NCBI GenBank assembly: GCA_963796685.1
Contig: CAWCMR010000025.1
Span: 1,120,001 to 1,184,000, forward strand
DNA from: an uncultured delta proteobacterium
GTDB lineage: Bacteria > Myxococcota_A > Polyangia > Fen-1088
Length of the DNA: 64,000 nt
Reading direction: 5' to 3'
Shown here: positions 39,280 through 49,360 of the stretch, in pieces
How positions within the stretch are numbered: position 1 is the first letter of the stretch
Layout of the letters: every line of letters starts with the position of its first letter
Notes under the pieces: model-generated
Told to the model about the DNA's origin: nothing
Databases searched by the model: none
The model's input: the letters and a program-made list of their open reading frames with translations, nothing else
Position numbers and translations under genes: made by a program

Positions 39280-40279
39280 TCACGGGCGTCCGGGCGCGAA
39301 CGCGACCTCCGGGGACCGGCCGTGCACATGGCAGGTTTCCCCCGGCCTGAGCACGACCAGTCGTTCCGCGAGCCCACGTTCCCGACACAACCTTGCCAGC
39401 CAGGTCAGGGGTTCGTCGAGAGGCTCGTAGCCGAGCGGGAACTCCCCGTACGCGACGGGGACGAGCAGCTTGGCCCCGAGATCCTGGAAAGCCTGCAGTG
39501 CATCGAGCGGCGACATGTGGTCTGCCCGCTGGCTGGGCGGCTCGTAGCCGGCAATGGGCAGCAGGGCCACGTCCGGGTGCAAACGTCGGCCGATCTCCTC
39601 GAAACCCGAAAAATAAGCCGTGTCCCCCGCGTAGTACACCGAAGCCTGCCCGCACTTCACGATGTAGCCCACGGCGGAGCGCCAGGAACGATCGATAGGG
39701 CCACGGCGACCGTCGTGACGAGCGGCCACGGCCGTGATCTCCAAATCCCGGTGCTCCAGCGATTGCCCCGGTGCCAGCTCGACCTGGCGGTCGAAACCCA
39801 AACCACGCACCAGCGATATGCATCGCGGTGGAACCACGATCACGGCGCGCCGAGAGAGCTTGCGTAGGGTGGGTGGGTGCAATCGATCTTGGTGGGCGTG
39901 AGAAATGAGGACCAGGTCCGCTTCGGCCGCATCCGCGCTGTGCAGGCAAGCCGCCTCTTGGCGTCGCACGCCGAGAAGGAACTCGCCGAGAAATGGATCG
40001 ATGAGCAGCCGCGAGCGCTGGCTGGTCAGCATGACCGAGGCATGGCCCACGAAGGTCACGGCGAGGTGGCCTTGCGGCGGGTGCGCCACGGCCCTCGCCT
40101 GCTCGCGCGCTGGCCGCGCCAGAAGCCGGCGCATCACCGTGCGCAGCATCCGCAGCGAGAGCACCCGCACCAGGCTGCTCTCGGAGGCCGGGCGCGCCCG
40201 GCGACGATGCTCGTGATCGAGCTTCCTTGGCCCGTTCGATCACTTTCCGCTGCCAATCGTCGTCGCCCTGCAAGACCAT
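39280..40279 (-). CDS. Metallo-beta-lactamase-fold hydrolase (RomA/NAPE-PLD-like), with an apparent frameshift at about 40223
   Basis: TFVGHASV, LIDPF, ISHAHQDRLH, YYAGDTAY, ALLPI, HMSPLDA. Removing one base at 40223-40224 joins it to ATG 40279 (MVLQGDDDWQRKVIERAKELDHEHRRR...). Confidence 0.82.
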
Positions 40280-40359
40280 TCCCGCCTACAGTAGCGAGTC
40301 TGCGCGTGATGGTCGACCCGAACCCTTTCGATCCATGCTCGCGTGCTATGCTGGCCTGC

Positions 40360-41049
40360 ATGCGCACGACGTCTTTTTTTCTGCTTTCCCTTTCGGCTCT
40401 CTTCGTGCTGTCCGCCGGTTGCAAGAGATCGGCAGAAGGCGCCCCTGCGGCTGCGGCCAAGGCCGCGGCGGTCAAACCCTCGCTCGACAAACCCCAGACC
40501 TTGAATGAGCGTGCCAGCGACGTCTATCGGGCCAAGTTTGCCACGTCGAAGGGCGACTTCGTCATCGAGGTCCACCGCGATTGGGCGCCGGTCGGTGCCG
40601 ATCGCTTCTTCAACCTGGTGAAATACGGCTACTACAACGACACGCGCTTCTTCCGCGTGGTCAAGGGGTTCATGGCCCAGATTGGCATCAGCGGCCGGCC
40701 CGAGCTCAACACCATCTGGCGCGAGCAGCGCATCGCCGACGATCCGCCGAAGAAGTCGAACCTGCGCGGTTTCGTGTCCTTCGCCACCGCCGGGCCCGGC
40801 ACGCGCACCACCCAATTCTTCATCAACTACGCCGACAGCAACAGCCGCCTCGATACCATGGGCTTCGCGCCCTTCGGCCAGGTTGTGAGCGGCATGGAGG
40901 TCGTCGACGCCCTGTATGGCGACTACGGTGAAGGGGCGCCGCAGGGCCGCGGTCCCAACCAAGGCCGCATCCAGAACGAAGGGAATGCCTACCTTCTGCG
41001 CGACTTCCCACAGCTCGACTACGTGAAGGAAGCGACGATTCTGCCGTGA
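40360..41049 (+). CDS. Cyclophilin-type peptidyl-prolyl isomerase (lipoprotein)
   Basis: Lipobox SAGC; FFRVVKGFMAQIG, VSFATAGPGTRTTQFFIN, FAPFGQVVSGMEVVD. Confidence 0.93.
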   Translation: MRTTSFFLLSLSALFVLSAGCKRSAEGAPAAAAKAAAVKPSLDKPQTLNERASDVYRAKFATSKGDFVIEVHRDWAPVGADRFFNLVKYGYYNDTRFFRVVKGFMAQIGISGRPELNTIWREQRIADDPPKKSNLRGFVSFATAGPGTRTTQFFINYADSNSRLDTMGFAPFGQVVSGMEVVDALYGDYGEGAPQGRGPNQGRIQNEGNAYLLRDFPQLDYVKEATILP

Positions 41050-41109
41050 TGCCGGCTTTTCGCCGGCTGTCCACTTGCGGGCGGGGTGGGGCCTTGGTAC
41101 CGTCGTGCC

Positions 41110-41388
41110 ATGTTGGTTCGGTCCAAGCTCGCTGGCCCGGTTGCCGCCCTCGCCTTCGGTGCGGCCTTGTTCTTATCCGGTTGCTCGTCCAGCAAGCCGC
41201 GCGATCTCCAATACGGAACCGATGCCGACCTGTTCTACGTGCCCCAGGACGCGCCTCCCGCGACCACTGCGACTGACGCCCAAGCCATAGACGCCGAGCC
41301 CGCGGTCGACTCGGGGAATGCACTCGACTCCGACCAAGCCGTCGACGGCGGGGCGGTGCTCGACGCGTCCATCGATGGAGACGACTAG
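41110..41388 (+). CDS. Small acidic lipoprotein
   Basis: Lipobox LSGC; Asp/Ala-rich tail. Confidence 0.6.
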   Translation: MLVRSKLAGPVAALAFGAALFLSGCSSSKPRDLQYGTDADLFYVPQDAPPATTATDAQAIDAEPAVDSGNALDSDQAVDGGAVLDASIDGDD

Positions 41389-41408
41389 GAAGGCGACAGG
41401 TCGCTGGA

Positions 41409-43385
41409 ATGGCCGGACCATCTGCCGATCGCATCACCGAGTGGGAAGGCGGCTCCCTGAGCGAGCTCGTGTCCATGCTCCAGTCCGCGGCCCTGCCGGT
41501 TCGCATCGAGGTCATCGCGCCGGGGACGACCGGGAGCAACGCGGGCGAGGTTCATTTGCTGGCGGGGGGCCTCGCCGATGCGTTCGCAGGTAGCTTGCGC
41601 CGCGACGATGCGATGGCGGCCCTGCAGCGCCTGGAAGGGGCTCGCTACGTGGTCGAGTGCCGGCTCCCCAATCCGGAGTCCGGATCCCTGAGCGAGCCCG
41701 GCCCGCACGACGGGAGCCTGAAAGATCGCCCTCTCGCGTCGCTGATGCGCTACTGCGAGGACTATGTCCTGACCTGCAGACTGGAAGTCTGGCGAGGCCA
41801 GGATCGGGCCGTGATCAGCTATCGGCGCGGGGAAATCATCGGTACCACCGTGGGTGGAAGCGAAGGCTCGGACCGCCTACCCGAAGTGCTGGCGTGGACC
41901 GACGGTTCCTATGAGATCATCTTGCCCGCGCCCGTTCTGCCCCAGATGCCGTCGCGTGGCCGCGATGCTGCGGGGGCGCGAGCGGAGCGGAAGCGCCACA
42001 CGACCCTGCCCATGATGCCCGGCCCGGACGGGAGGCTCGACCCTGAAAGCCCAAAGGGCGCGCCTGCCGGAGCGGGCGCGGCGGCTGGCGCCGCAACCAA
42101 CCTGCGCCCGGCTACACCCCCACCCGTGCGGCCGTCCCTTTCCCAGGCCCCTGTGCAACATGTCAGCACCGCACCGTCGAGTGCCGCCGCGCAGAAGGCT
42201 CCGGCCCGACAGCCCGCGCCCGCCGCGGTCGCGCCAAGGCCGATCGCCGTTTCCTTTGCGTCGCCTTTGCAACCTGAGATGACCACGCGGGGAACGCCTC
42301 CTGTTCCTGCTGTGCCGCTGGTGCCTTCCCCGGCGCCGCAACCCGCCGCGAATCCCACTGTGTCAGGCAAGGCAGTGCCGTTGGTCTCGCCCAAGGCGGC
42401 CTCGCCAGCCCAGGTCAAAGCCCCCGCACCAGCGGCCCAACCCGCGCGCAAGCCTGCGGCTCAGCAACCCGCGGCCCAACCGCTGCAGAAGCCGGCCGTC
42501 GCCCAGCCCGCCCCTTCGCCTCTCCAGAAGCAGAAGCCGGCCGCCGTCCAGCCCGCCCCTTCGCCTCTCCAGAAGCCGGCCGCCGCCCAGCCCGCCCCTT
42601 TGCCTCTCCAGAAGCCGGCCGCCGCCCAGCCCGCCCCTTTGCCTCTCCAGAAGCCGGCCGCCGCCCAGCCCGCCCCTTCACCTCTCCAGAAGCCGGCCGC
42701 CGCCCAGCCCGCCCCTTTGCATCTCCAGAAGCCGGCCGCCGCCCAGCCCGCCCCTTCGCCTCTCCAGAAGCCGGCCGCCGCCCAGCCCGCCCCTTCGCCT
42801 CTCCAGAAGCCGGCCACCGTCGCCCAGCCCGCCCCTTCGCCTCTCCAGAAGCCGGTCGTCGCCCAGCCTGAGCGAAAGCCAACTCCTCTGTCGGTTCAAC
42901 CTTCCGTCCAACCTTCGCAAAGGCCCACCCCGCTGGTGGCCCAACCCGGGCCCCAAGCCCCCCTCAAGCCCGGCGCCCCTGTCCAGGCCACCGCCCAACA
43001 TCCCGAGCAACCCGCACCCCACGAGGACAAGCCTCTGGCTGCCCCCGCGCGTCCATCCAAGCCAGGCTCTTCACCGGCGACTTCCAACGATCTGCTGCCC
43101 GCCTCGGGAACCATCGAGGCGAAACCCAAGCATGCGAACTACCTTCCCCCGACCACGCCCCCCATCCAGATCGCGGATGAGCCGCAGATAGCCTCGACCG
43201 TGCAGCCAGCGACCCCGGTCTTCGTGCAAAGCCGGCAGCCCAAGCCTCGGCGCGCGCGCGCGGCCCCCAGGAAAGGGATGGGCGAGCGCCCGGTGCGGGT
43301 CTACGTCCTGCTGGGCCTTGCCATCGGCGCGGCCGTCGTGCTGGGTTACTGGGCCTACTGGTATTTGCTGCTCGGCCGCCACTAG
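41409..43385 (+). CDS. Protein with N-terminal DUF4388-like domains, a long Pro/Ala/Gln repeat linker and a C-terminal TM
   Basis: GSLSELVSML, GSLKDRPLASLMRYCE...TCRLEV...VLAWTDGSYEI; C-terminal hydrophobic helix. Confidence 0.7.
   Translation: MAGPSADRITEWEGGSLSELVSMLQSAALPVRIEVIAPGTTGSNAGEVHLLAGGLADAFAGSLRRDDAMAALQRLEGARYVVECRLPNPESGSLSEPGPHDGSLKDRPLASLMRYCEDYVLTCRLEVWRGQDRAVISYRRGEIIGTTVGGSEGSDRLPEVLAWTDGSYEIILPAPVLPQMPSRGRDAAGARAERKRHTTLPMMPGPDGRLDPESPKGAPAGAGAAAGAATNLRPATPPPVRPSLSQAPVQHVSTAPSSAAAQKAPARQPAPAAVAPRPIAVSFASPLQPEMTTRGTPPVPAVPLVPSPAPQPAANPTVSGKAVPLVSPKAASPAQVKAPAPAAQPARKPAAQQPAAQPLQKPAVAQPAPSPLQKQKPAAVQPAPSPLQKPAAAQPAPLPLQKPAAAQPAPLPLQKPAAAQPAPSPLQKPAAAQPAPLHLQKPAAAQPAPSPLQKPAAAQPAPSPLQKPATVAQPAPSPLQKPVVAQPERKPTPLSVQPSVQPSQRPTPLVAQPGPQAPLKPGAPVQATAQHPEQPAPHEDKPLAAPARPSKPGSSPATSNDLLPASGTIEAKPKHANYLPPTTPPIQIADEPQIASTVQPATPVFVQSRQPKPRRARAAPRKGMGERPVRVYVLLGLAIGAAVVLGYWAYWYLLLGRH
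42486..42868 (+). repeat. Coding VNTR, 39-bp unit (KPAAAQPAPSPLQ) at about 9.5 copies
   Basis: CAGAAGCCGGCCGCCGCCCAGCCCGCCCCTT[C/T]GCCTCTC repeated in frame. Confidence 0.9.
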
Positions 43386-43445
43386 TGCACCGAACGGGTT
43401 GAATGCTGTGCAGAATCGAGAGCTTGCGAAGTACTCGGAAGGTTC

Positions 43446-43568
43446 ACCTCGCCCCGCGAAGCGGGGAGAGGTCGACGCGCGAAGCGCGTCGGGTGAGGGG
43501 TTCGGCCATGCGAGAGAGTGCGCTGACCCCTCACCCTAGCCCTCTCCCCGCTGCGCGGGGCGAGGGGA
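43446..43568. repeat. REP-like inverted pair (CCTCGCCCCGC...GGGTGAGGGG / CCCCTCACCC...GGGGCGAGGGG)
   Basis: Same family as 7308-7348, 5703-5823 and 52047-52248. Confidence 0.75.
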
Positions 43569-43655
43569 TTGGAGCGCGCACGTGCGTAGCAACTTCTTGA
43601 ATTCCCGGCACTTTCGAACCGTTCGGTGCTCTAGGCTTGGCAGGGTGGAAAGACC

Positions 43656-44402
43656 GTGAGCTTTTTCGCTGACATCGCTGACGTCTATCGCAAGACGAAG
43701 AAGCCGAAGGACATCCTGTGGAATCGCTTCGTGGCCCGGCCCCTGGCGGCGACCCTGCTGGTCCCCCTGGCCAAGAGCCGAATCACGCCCAATCAGATCA
43801 CGTTCGTGTCGCTTTTGACCTTCGTGGTCGCCATGGTCATGCTGGCGCTCGCTCGCGGGCACCTTGGGCTCGTGGGCGCGGTCCTGATCCTGGAGCTCTC
43901 CTACATCCTCGACTGCACCGATGGTCAGCTTGCCCGTCTCAAGCACAAGGCTTCGCCGGTGGGAGCACACCTGGACTTTCTGATGGACGAGCTCAAGGCC
44001 TTCCTGCTCGTGGCCGCCACCGGCATTCGGTTGTGGCAAGCGGACGGCCATGAATTCTGGCTGGTCGAGGCCTTGCTTGGGCTGGCGGTGGTGGCCAGCG
44101 CCATCAGCCTGACCACGTTCATCCGCCGGCCCGAGTACCTGTCGGCCACGGGCGCGGCCAGACCGCAATCGGCGGGCGACTACGGAGACGGATTTGCGGC
44201 CGCACAGAAGCCGGCGCGCCCGACCTCGCTGTTCGGTCTCGTCGAAGAGCTGGGCCGTTTCCTCATCCACTACCCGAGCTACCTCGTGTTCGTGGCCATC
44301 GCGGATCAGCTCGACGTGTTCCTGCACGTGTACCTCGCCATCAACGCCGCCTACGCCGCGCGCTCGCTGCTCGGCGTGGTGCTGAAGCTGGGACGGCCGT
44401 GA
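43656..44402 (+). CDS. CDP-alcohol phosphatidyltransferase family protein
   Basis: ITPNQIT; LDCTDGQLAR...SPVGAHLDFLMD (DxxDGxxAR...GxxxDxxxD). Confidence 0.9.
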   Translation: MSFFADIADVYRKTKKPKDILWNRFVARPLAATLLVPLAKSRITPNQITFVSLLTFVVAMVMLALARGHLGLVGAVLILELSYILDCTDGQLARLKHKASPVGAHLDFLMDELKAFLLVAATGIRLWQADGHEFWLVEALLGLAVVASAISLTTFIRRPEYLSATGAARPQSAGDYGDGFAAAQKPARPTSLFGLVEELGRFLIHYPSYLVFVAIADQLDVFLHVYLAINAAYAARSLLGVVLKLGRP

Positions 44403-45208
44403 ATTCCCCTCGCGCCAAGGCCATCATCGTCGCTGCCGGGCGGGGTCGCCGTCTGGGGGAGAACACGGCCGAGATCCCCAAGTGCATGGTGCGCGTAAAC
44501 GGCCAGCCCATCTTGCACTGGCAACTGCACGCCTTCGCTGCGGCCGGGATTCGCGACATCGTCATCGTGCGCGGCTACCTGGGCGACCGCATCGATGCGG
44601 GCGCCTTTCCGGTGCGCTTCGTCGACAACCCGGAATGGGCGAGCAACAACATCTTGACCTCGTTGATGTACGCCGCGGCCGAGCTGGCCGGCGGCTTCTA
44701 TTTTTCCTACTGCGACATCGTGTACGCACCGAGCGTGGTCGCCCGACTCGCGGCGACCGCGCGCGAGCCGGCGTCGGCCACGCTGGTCATCGACCGACGC
44801 TGGGCCGACGCTTACCAGGGGCGTACCCTGCACCCCGTGTCCGAGGCCGAGCTGACGGCGATCGAATCGACGGGGCCAGCCGGACCAAGCCGCGTGGTCC
44901 AAGTCGGCAAGGGCGCGGTCCCGGCCGAGCTGGCCGTGGGCGAATTCATCGGCCTTGCCCACTTTTCGCACGCAGGGGCGGCGGCCCTGGCCAAGACCTG
45001 GCAGGAGGCGCTCGGCGCGGGCGGCCTCGACGCTCCCTTCGGCCGGGCAAAGACCCTGCGCCAGGCCTACCTAACCGATGCGCTCAACGCCATGGCCGGG
45101 GTGGGCGAGCGGCTGGCTCCGGTTTTCATCGACGGCGAGTGGCGCGAGATCGACACCCAGCAGGATCTGGCGGCGGCCGAGCGCTCCGCCAAGCTGTGGA
45201 CTGGCTGA
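44399..45208 (+). CDS. NTP transferase, phosphocholine/phosphonate/inositol-1-P cytidylyltransferase family
   Basis: AIIVAAGRGRRL...IPKCM, VRGY, NPEWASNNILTSL, GEFIGL, WREIDTQQDL; 4-nt overlap with the upstream gene. Confidence 0.85.
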   Translation: MNSPRAKAIIVAAGRGRRLGENTAEIPKCMVRVNGQPILHWQLHAFAAAGIRDIVIVRGYLGDRIDAGAFPVRFVDNPEWASNNILTSLMYAAAELAGGFYFSYCDIVYAPSVVARLAATAREPASATLVIDRRWADAYQGRTLHPVSEAELTAIESTGPAGPSRVVQVGKGAVPAELAVGEFIGLAHFSHAGAAALAKTWQEALGAGGLDAPFGRAKTLRQAYLTDALNAMAGVGERLAPVFIDGEWREIDTQQDLAAAERSAKLWTG

Positions 45209-45259
45209 TCGCTGGCAACCCGAGCTGCCGCGGGGCAGGCGCGGCTGCTATCATGAACG

Positions 45260-46165
45260 ATGGTGGCAGCGGAAGTCCCGACCGAAGCCGTTGTGCGTGC
45301 CTCTCCCGACCGTGGACAGGCCGAGTCCTGGACCTTGGTCCTGGAGGCGATGGCCATTCCGCATCGTGTGGTTCCGACCGACATCGGCTTCGCCGTCATG
45401 GTGCCACCGAAGATGGTGGCACCCGCCATAGCGGCGCTCGATGCCCAGGACAAGGAGGCCGAAGAGGGACCGGTGGTCGAGGTCGCACCCCCGGACCATG
45501 GGCCGTCCTTCGTGGGCACGGGCATTGCCGTCACGCTGATAGCGTTCTTCGTGGTGACCGGGCCGCTTTCGGGTCCCGACCTCGCGGGCTGGTTCCGCAA
45601 CGGCAGCGCGGTCTCGCATGCCATCGTCAGCAACCACGAGGTGTGGCGCGCGGTTACCGCGCTCACCTTGCACGTGGATACCATGCACGTCGCGGGCAAC
45701 GCCATCGCAAGCCTGCTCTTCGTCAGCGCGCTCGGGCGCTGGCTGGGAGGTGGGCTGGCCGTCCTCGTCACCCTGCTGGCCGGGATCGCGGGAAACCTGC
45801 TGACAGCCTGCATCTACTACAAGACGTCGCACGACGTGGTCGGGGCATCGACCGCGACCTTCGGTGCCCTGGGAGTGCTGGGCGGGCTGCAGCTCGTGCG
45901 GCGCTTTCGCCCGCGCGGCGTGGGGCGCTTCCGACGGGCCCTGCTCGGCATCGCGGCGGCCCTGGGACTGCTGGCCATGCTGGGCATGGGCGAGCGCGCG
46001 GACGTGGTGGCCCACGCCACGGGCACGGGTTTCGGCGTCCTCTTCGGCGCGCTGCTTGGCTTTCGCCTCAAGCAGCCCGTGCGAGCCCTCGGCCAGGCCT
46101 TGGCGCTGCTGAGCGCCGTCGCCATCATCGCCGGCGCATGGCTCTTGGCATTCCACCCCCTGTGA
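45260..46165 (+). CDS. Rhomboid intramembrane serine protease
   Basis: WRAVTALTLH, HVAGN, VGASTATFG, DVVAHATG. Confidence 0.9.
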   Translation: MVAAEVPTEAVVRASPDRGQAESWTLVLEAMAIPHRVVPTDIGFAVMVPPKMVAPAIAALDAQDKEAEEGPVVEVAPPDHGPSFVGTGIAVTLIAFFVVTGPLSGPDLAGWFRNGSAVSHAIVSNHEVWRAVTALTLHVDTMHVAGNAIASLLFVSALGRWLGGGLAVLVTLLAGIAGNLLTACIYYKTSHDVVGASTATFGALGVLGGLQLVRRFRPRGVGRFRRALLGIAAALGLLAMLGMGERADVVAHATGTGFGVLFGALLGFRLKQPVRALGQALALLSAVAIIAGAWLLAFHPL

Positions 46166-46187
46166 GATCTGCTGCTACTATTCGGCC

Positions 46188-47621
46188 GTGAAGAACCGTT
46201 CGCCAGCCGAGAACCAGGTCAGCAACACCCAACTGCACCGGACCATCGCCAATCTGCGCGAGGAGTTCGCGGACAAGCTTTCCGCGCTGGTCGGCGTCCC
46301 CTCGGTCAGCATGGAGCCCGATCGCCACACCGAGGTTCGCCGCTGCGCCGAGCTCGCCTGCGCCTACCTGCGCGCAAGCGGCGCCGAGGCCCAGGTCATC
46401 GAGACCAAGGGTCTGCCCCTGGTCCTCGGACGCGTCATCCAGAATCCCGCTTTCCCGACGGTGACGATCTACAACCACCTCGACGTGCAGCCGGCCGACA
46501 GCGAGGGTTGGCGAACCAACCCGTTCGTGCTCGAAGCCATCGACGAGCGCTACCACGGCCGCGGCGCCACCGACGACAAGGGACCGGCGCTGACCGCGCT
46601 CTTCGCCGTCCGCTTGGCCCTGGCGGCGTCGGTGAAGCTCAATTTCCAGTTCTTGTGGGAGTGCGAGGAGGAGATCGGTAGCCCGAGCTTCGCGACCGCC
46701 CTGGCTGCCCTGGTCAAGGCGCAACCCGGTCTGGGCACGGATTCGATCGTGGTTTCGGACACCATCTGGCCCTCTGCCAACCAGCCCGCCATCCCGGTCG
46801 GTCTGCGCGGGCTGCTTGCCTTCCTGGTGCGCCTGCAGACCGGCGACAAGGCCGTTCACTCGGGCACGACGGGCGGGGCGGCCCGCAATCCCGTGGGCGA
46901 GCTGTGCGCGCTCATCGCCGCGTGCTACGACGCCCGGACAGGCAAGGTTCGCATTCCGGGCTTCTACGGGGGCATCCGCAAGCCGTCGGCAAGCGAGCGC
47001 CGGGAGCTCGCGCGCGCGGGCTTCGCGCGCAAGGATTTCCAAAAGGCGCACGGCCTGCGCAGCCTGCGCTTTGCCGACGATGCTCGCCTGCGCCAGGCCA
47101 TCATGACCGAGCCCACCTTCGAGGTGCACGGCCTGACAGGCGGCTACGTGGGTCCAGGCGTCAAGACCATCGTGCCCCACAAGGCCGAGGCCAAGCTCTC
47201 GTGTCGCCTGGTACCGGGCCAGGAGCCGAGGGAGGTCTTCCGCCGTATCAAGCGCTTCATCGGTCGGGAGTGCCCGGACGCCGAGGTCGTGTTCGACGCG
47301 GCCCTTGAGCCCTACCTTGCGGACTCCAAAGGTCCTTTTTTGCAAGCCGCGCTGCGCGCTACCAAGGAAACCTTCGGCAAGGAAGCCGCGCTCACCCGCG
47401 AGGGCGGCTCGATTGGCGCGGTGGTCACCATGGCCAGGCTCCTGCGCAAGGAGGTCGTGCTCCTCGGCCTTTCCTTGCCCGAGGACGGGTACCACGCCAT
47501 CAACGAGAGCTTCTCGTGGCGACAGGCCGAAAACGGCATGGCCATGTTCTATCGCTACTTCCACAACCTGGCCGCCATCGATCCACGCCGCCGGCAAAGC
47601 CGGGTTGCACGACGGCAATAG
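46188..47621 (+). CDS. M20-family metallopeptidase/dipeptidase
   Basis: YNHLDVQP, GRGATDDKG, ECEEEIGS, HSG, EGGSIG, YHAINE. Confidence 0.9.
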   Translation: MKNRSPAENQVSNTQLHRTIANLREEFADKLSALVGVPSVSMEPDRHTEVRRCAELACAYLRASGAEAQVIETKGLPLVLGRVIQNPAFPTVTIYNHLDVQPADSEGWRTNPFVLEAIDERYHGRGATDDKGPALTALFAVRLALAASVKLNFQFLWECEEEIGSPSFATALAALVKAQPGLGTDSIVVSDTIWPSANQPAIPVGLRGLLAFLVRLQTGDKAVHSGTTGGAARNPVGELCALIAACYDARTGKVRIPGFYGGIRKPSASERRELARAGFARKDFQKAHGLRSLRFADDARLRQAIMTEPTFEVHGLTGGYVGPGVKTIVPHKAEAKLSCRLVPGQEPREVFRRIKRFIGRECPDAEVVFDAALEPYLADSKGPFLQAALRATKETFGKEAALTREGGSIGAVVTMARLLRKEVVLLGLSLPEDGYHAINESFSWRQAENGMAMFYRYFHNLAAIDPRRRQSRVARRQ

Positions 47622-47638
47622 CCGGGTACATTCTGTAC

Positions 47639-48085
47639 ATGACGGCGGCTACGGGAAAATCGGCCAGCGCGCCCAATCGGCGCACGGCGTGGAAGATTCT
47701 TCTTACCGTGTTGGTTTCGGCGGTCGCCGTATCGGGCCTCCTGTGGGCGTCGCTGGGCGAGGGTGCCGAGTATTACAAGCACGTGGACGAAGCGCTGGCG
47801 AGCCAGTCGCACCTTTTCGGCAAGCGGTTGCGCGTGCACGGCAACGTCGTGGATGGCTCGCTGGTGCACCAGGCCGGCACCCTCGACTACCGTTTCGTGA
47901 TGGAGAGCAAGGCGCCGCGCAATCACGCCACGCTGCCCGTGGACTTCCACGGCATTCCGCCCGATTTGTTCAAGCCTGGCGCCGAGGTCATTGCGGCCGG
48001 TGTGCTGGGCAAGGACGGCATGCTGCGCTCGGATCGCATCGAGACCAAGTGCCCGTCGAAGTACGAGACCCAGGCCACGAAATAG
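47639..48085 (+). CDS. ccmE: Cytochrome c maturation heme chaperone CcmE (CxxxY variant)
   Basis: N-terminal TM, EYY, RLRVHGNVVDGSL, GIPPDLFKPGAEVIAAG, TKCPSKY. Confidence 0.88.
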   Translation: MTAATGKSASAPNRRTAWKILLTVLVSAVAVSGLLWASLGEGAEYYKHVDEALASQSHLFGKRLRVHGNVVDGSLVHQAGTLDYRFVMESKAPRNHATLPVDFHGIPPDLFKPGAEVIAAGVLGKDGMLRSDRIETKCPSKYETQATK

Positions 48086-48178
48086 CCCTCCCACGCCCGC
48101 TACGCGGGGCGGAGTGGTTTCAGATACATGCTGGGTGCATTCCGGGCGGTGAGAATGTAGAAATCGGCGAGATTCGCC

Positions 48179-49360
48179 ATGCCAGTGGATAGCCAGGCAA
48201 AACCGCGCACCGCGCCCGCCGACAAGCGCCACAACCATGCCCTGGATGGCTTGCGCTTCCTCGCCTTTCTCTTGGTCTTCTTCTTCCACGCCTTGCAGCG
48301 AAGTCCCTGGGGAAATTGGCCGATCATCCGCTTCGGCTATCTCGGCGTGCCCATTTTCTTCGTGCTGTCGGGGTTCCTGATTGGCGGAATTCTGCTCGAC
48401 CTCAAGGACAAGACAGGACCGGGGTTCGGGCTCGGTGCCAAGCTCAAGACCTTCTACATCCGGCGGGCTTTGCGCATCTTCCCGGTCTACTACCTCTTCA
48501 TCGCGATCCTTGCCGTGTTCTTCCTGCTATCGGGCCGCCCGGATCCTGTCGCCAGCGACAGCTTTTTCTGGCACCTCGCGTACCTGACCAATTTCCGCTC
48601 CTTCTTCGTAGGCATGGATCGCATCCGCGAAGGCCACTTCTGGAGCCTGGCCGTGGAGGAGCACTTCTACCTGATCGCCCCCTTGGTGGTGCTCCTGGTC
48701 AAGCCGCGCACGCTGGTGCGCCTGCTCGCCGGGATCATCGTGGCCGTGGCGGTGGCCCGCGCGCTCATCGACCATTCCGGCTCCAGCCGCGATTTCTGGG
48801 TGCTCTCGCCCATGCAATTCGACCTGCTCGGGCTCGGCATCGCCACCGCCATCATCGAGCGCAAGGGCCGGTTCGCCGGCATCGGCGCCCGCGGACTGCG
48901 CTGGATGGGCATGGCTGGCGCCATCTTCTTCGCCCTCTTCATCGCGCATTTCTATTGGCCCGTGCACGGCACCGGTGGTCTCTTCGCCACGTTCGGTCCC
49001 ATTTCCCTTGGTCTGGCCACGGCGGCGCTGGTGCTGACCTTGTGGCAGCGGCCGGGCTGGTTTCCGTCGCGCGTCCTGGGCGTGCGCCCCTTCGCCTACT
49101 TCGGCCAGATAAGCTACGGTCTCTATCTTTTCCATCCCAATTGCCTGGGTTGGTCCAGCCGCTACTACGGTACCTACAATCTGCCCAACGCGTGCGCCGG
49201 GCTCGCCATCACCCTTGCCGTCGCCATGCTGTCCTGGCATCTGTTCGAAAAGCCCATCAACAACCTCAAGAACCGCTTCACGTACGTTGAAAAGCGGGCG
49301 AGCAGGCGGCCGGCGGCCGAGCCCGCCGCCGCCCGATCCATGCCCCTGCCCGAATCGTAG
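48179..49360 (+). CDS. Acyltransferase family 3 (OafA-like O-acyltransferase)
   Basis: ALDGLRFLA, GVPIFFVLSGFLI, FYIRRALRIFP, HFWSLAVEEHFY, GQISYGLYLFH, FEKP. Confidence 0.92.
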   Translation: MPVDSQAKPRTAPADKRHNHALDGLRFLAFLLVFFFHALQRSPWGNWPIIRFGYLGVPIFFVLSGFLIGGILLDLKDKTGPGFGLGAKLKTFYIRRALRIFPVYYLFIAILAVFFLLSGRPDPVASDSFFWHLAYLTNFRSFFVGMDRIREGHFWSLAVEEHFYLIAPLVVLLVKPRTLVRLLAGIIVAVAVARALIDHSGSSRDFWVLSPMQFDLLGLGIATAIIERKGRFAGIGARGLRWMGMAGAIFFALFIAHFYWPVHGTGGLFATFGPISLGLATAALVLTLWQRPGWFPSRVLGVRPFAYFGQISYGLYLFHPNCLGWSSRYYGTYNLPNACAGLAITLAVAMLSWHLFEKPINNLKNRFTYVEKRASRRPAAEPAAARSMPLPES

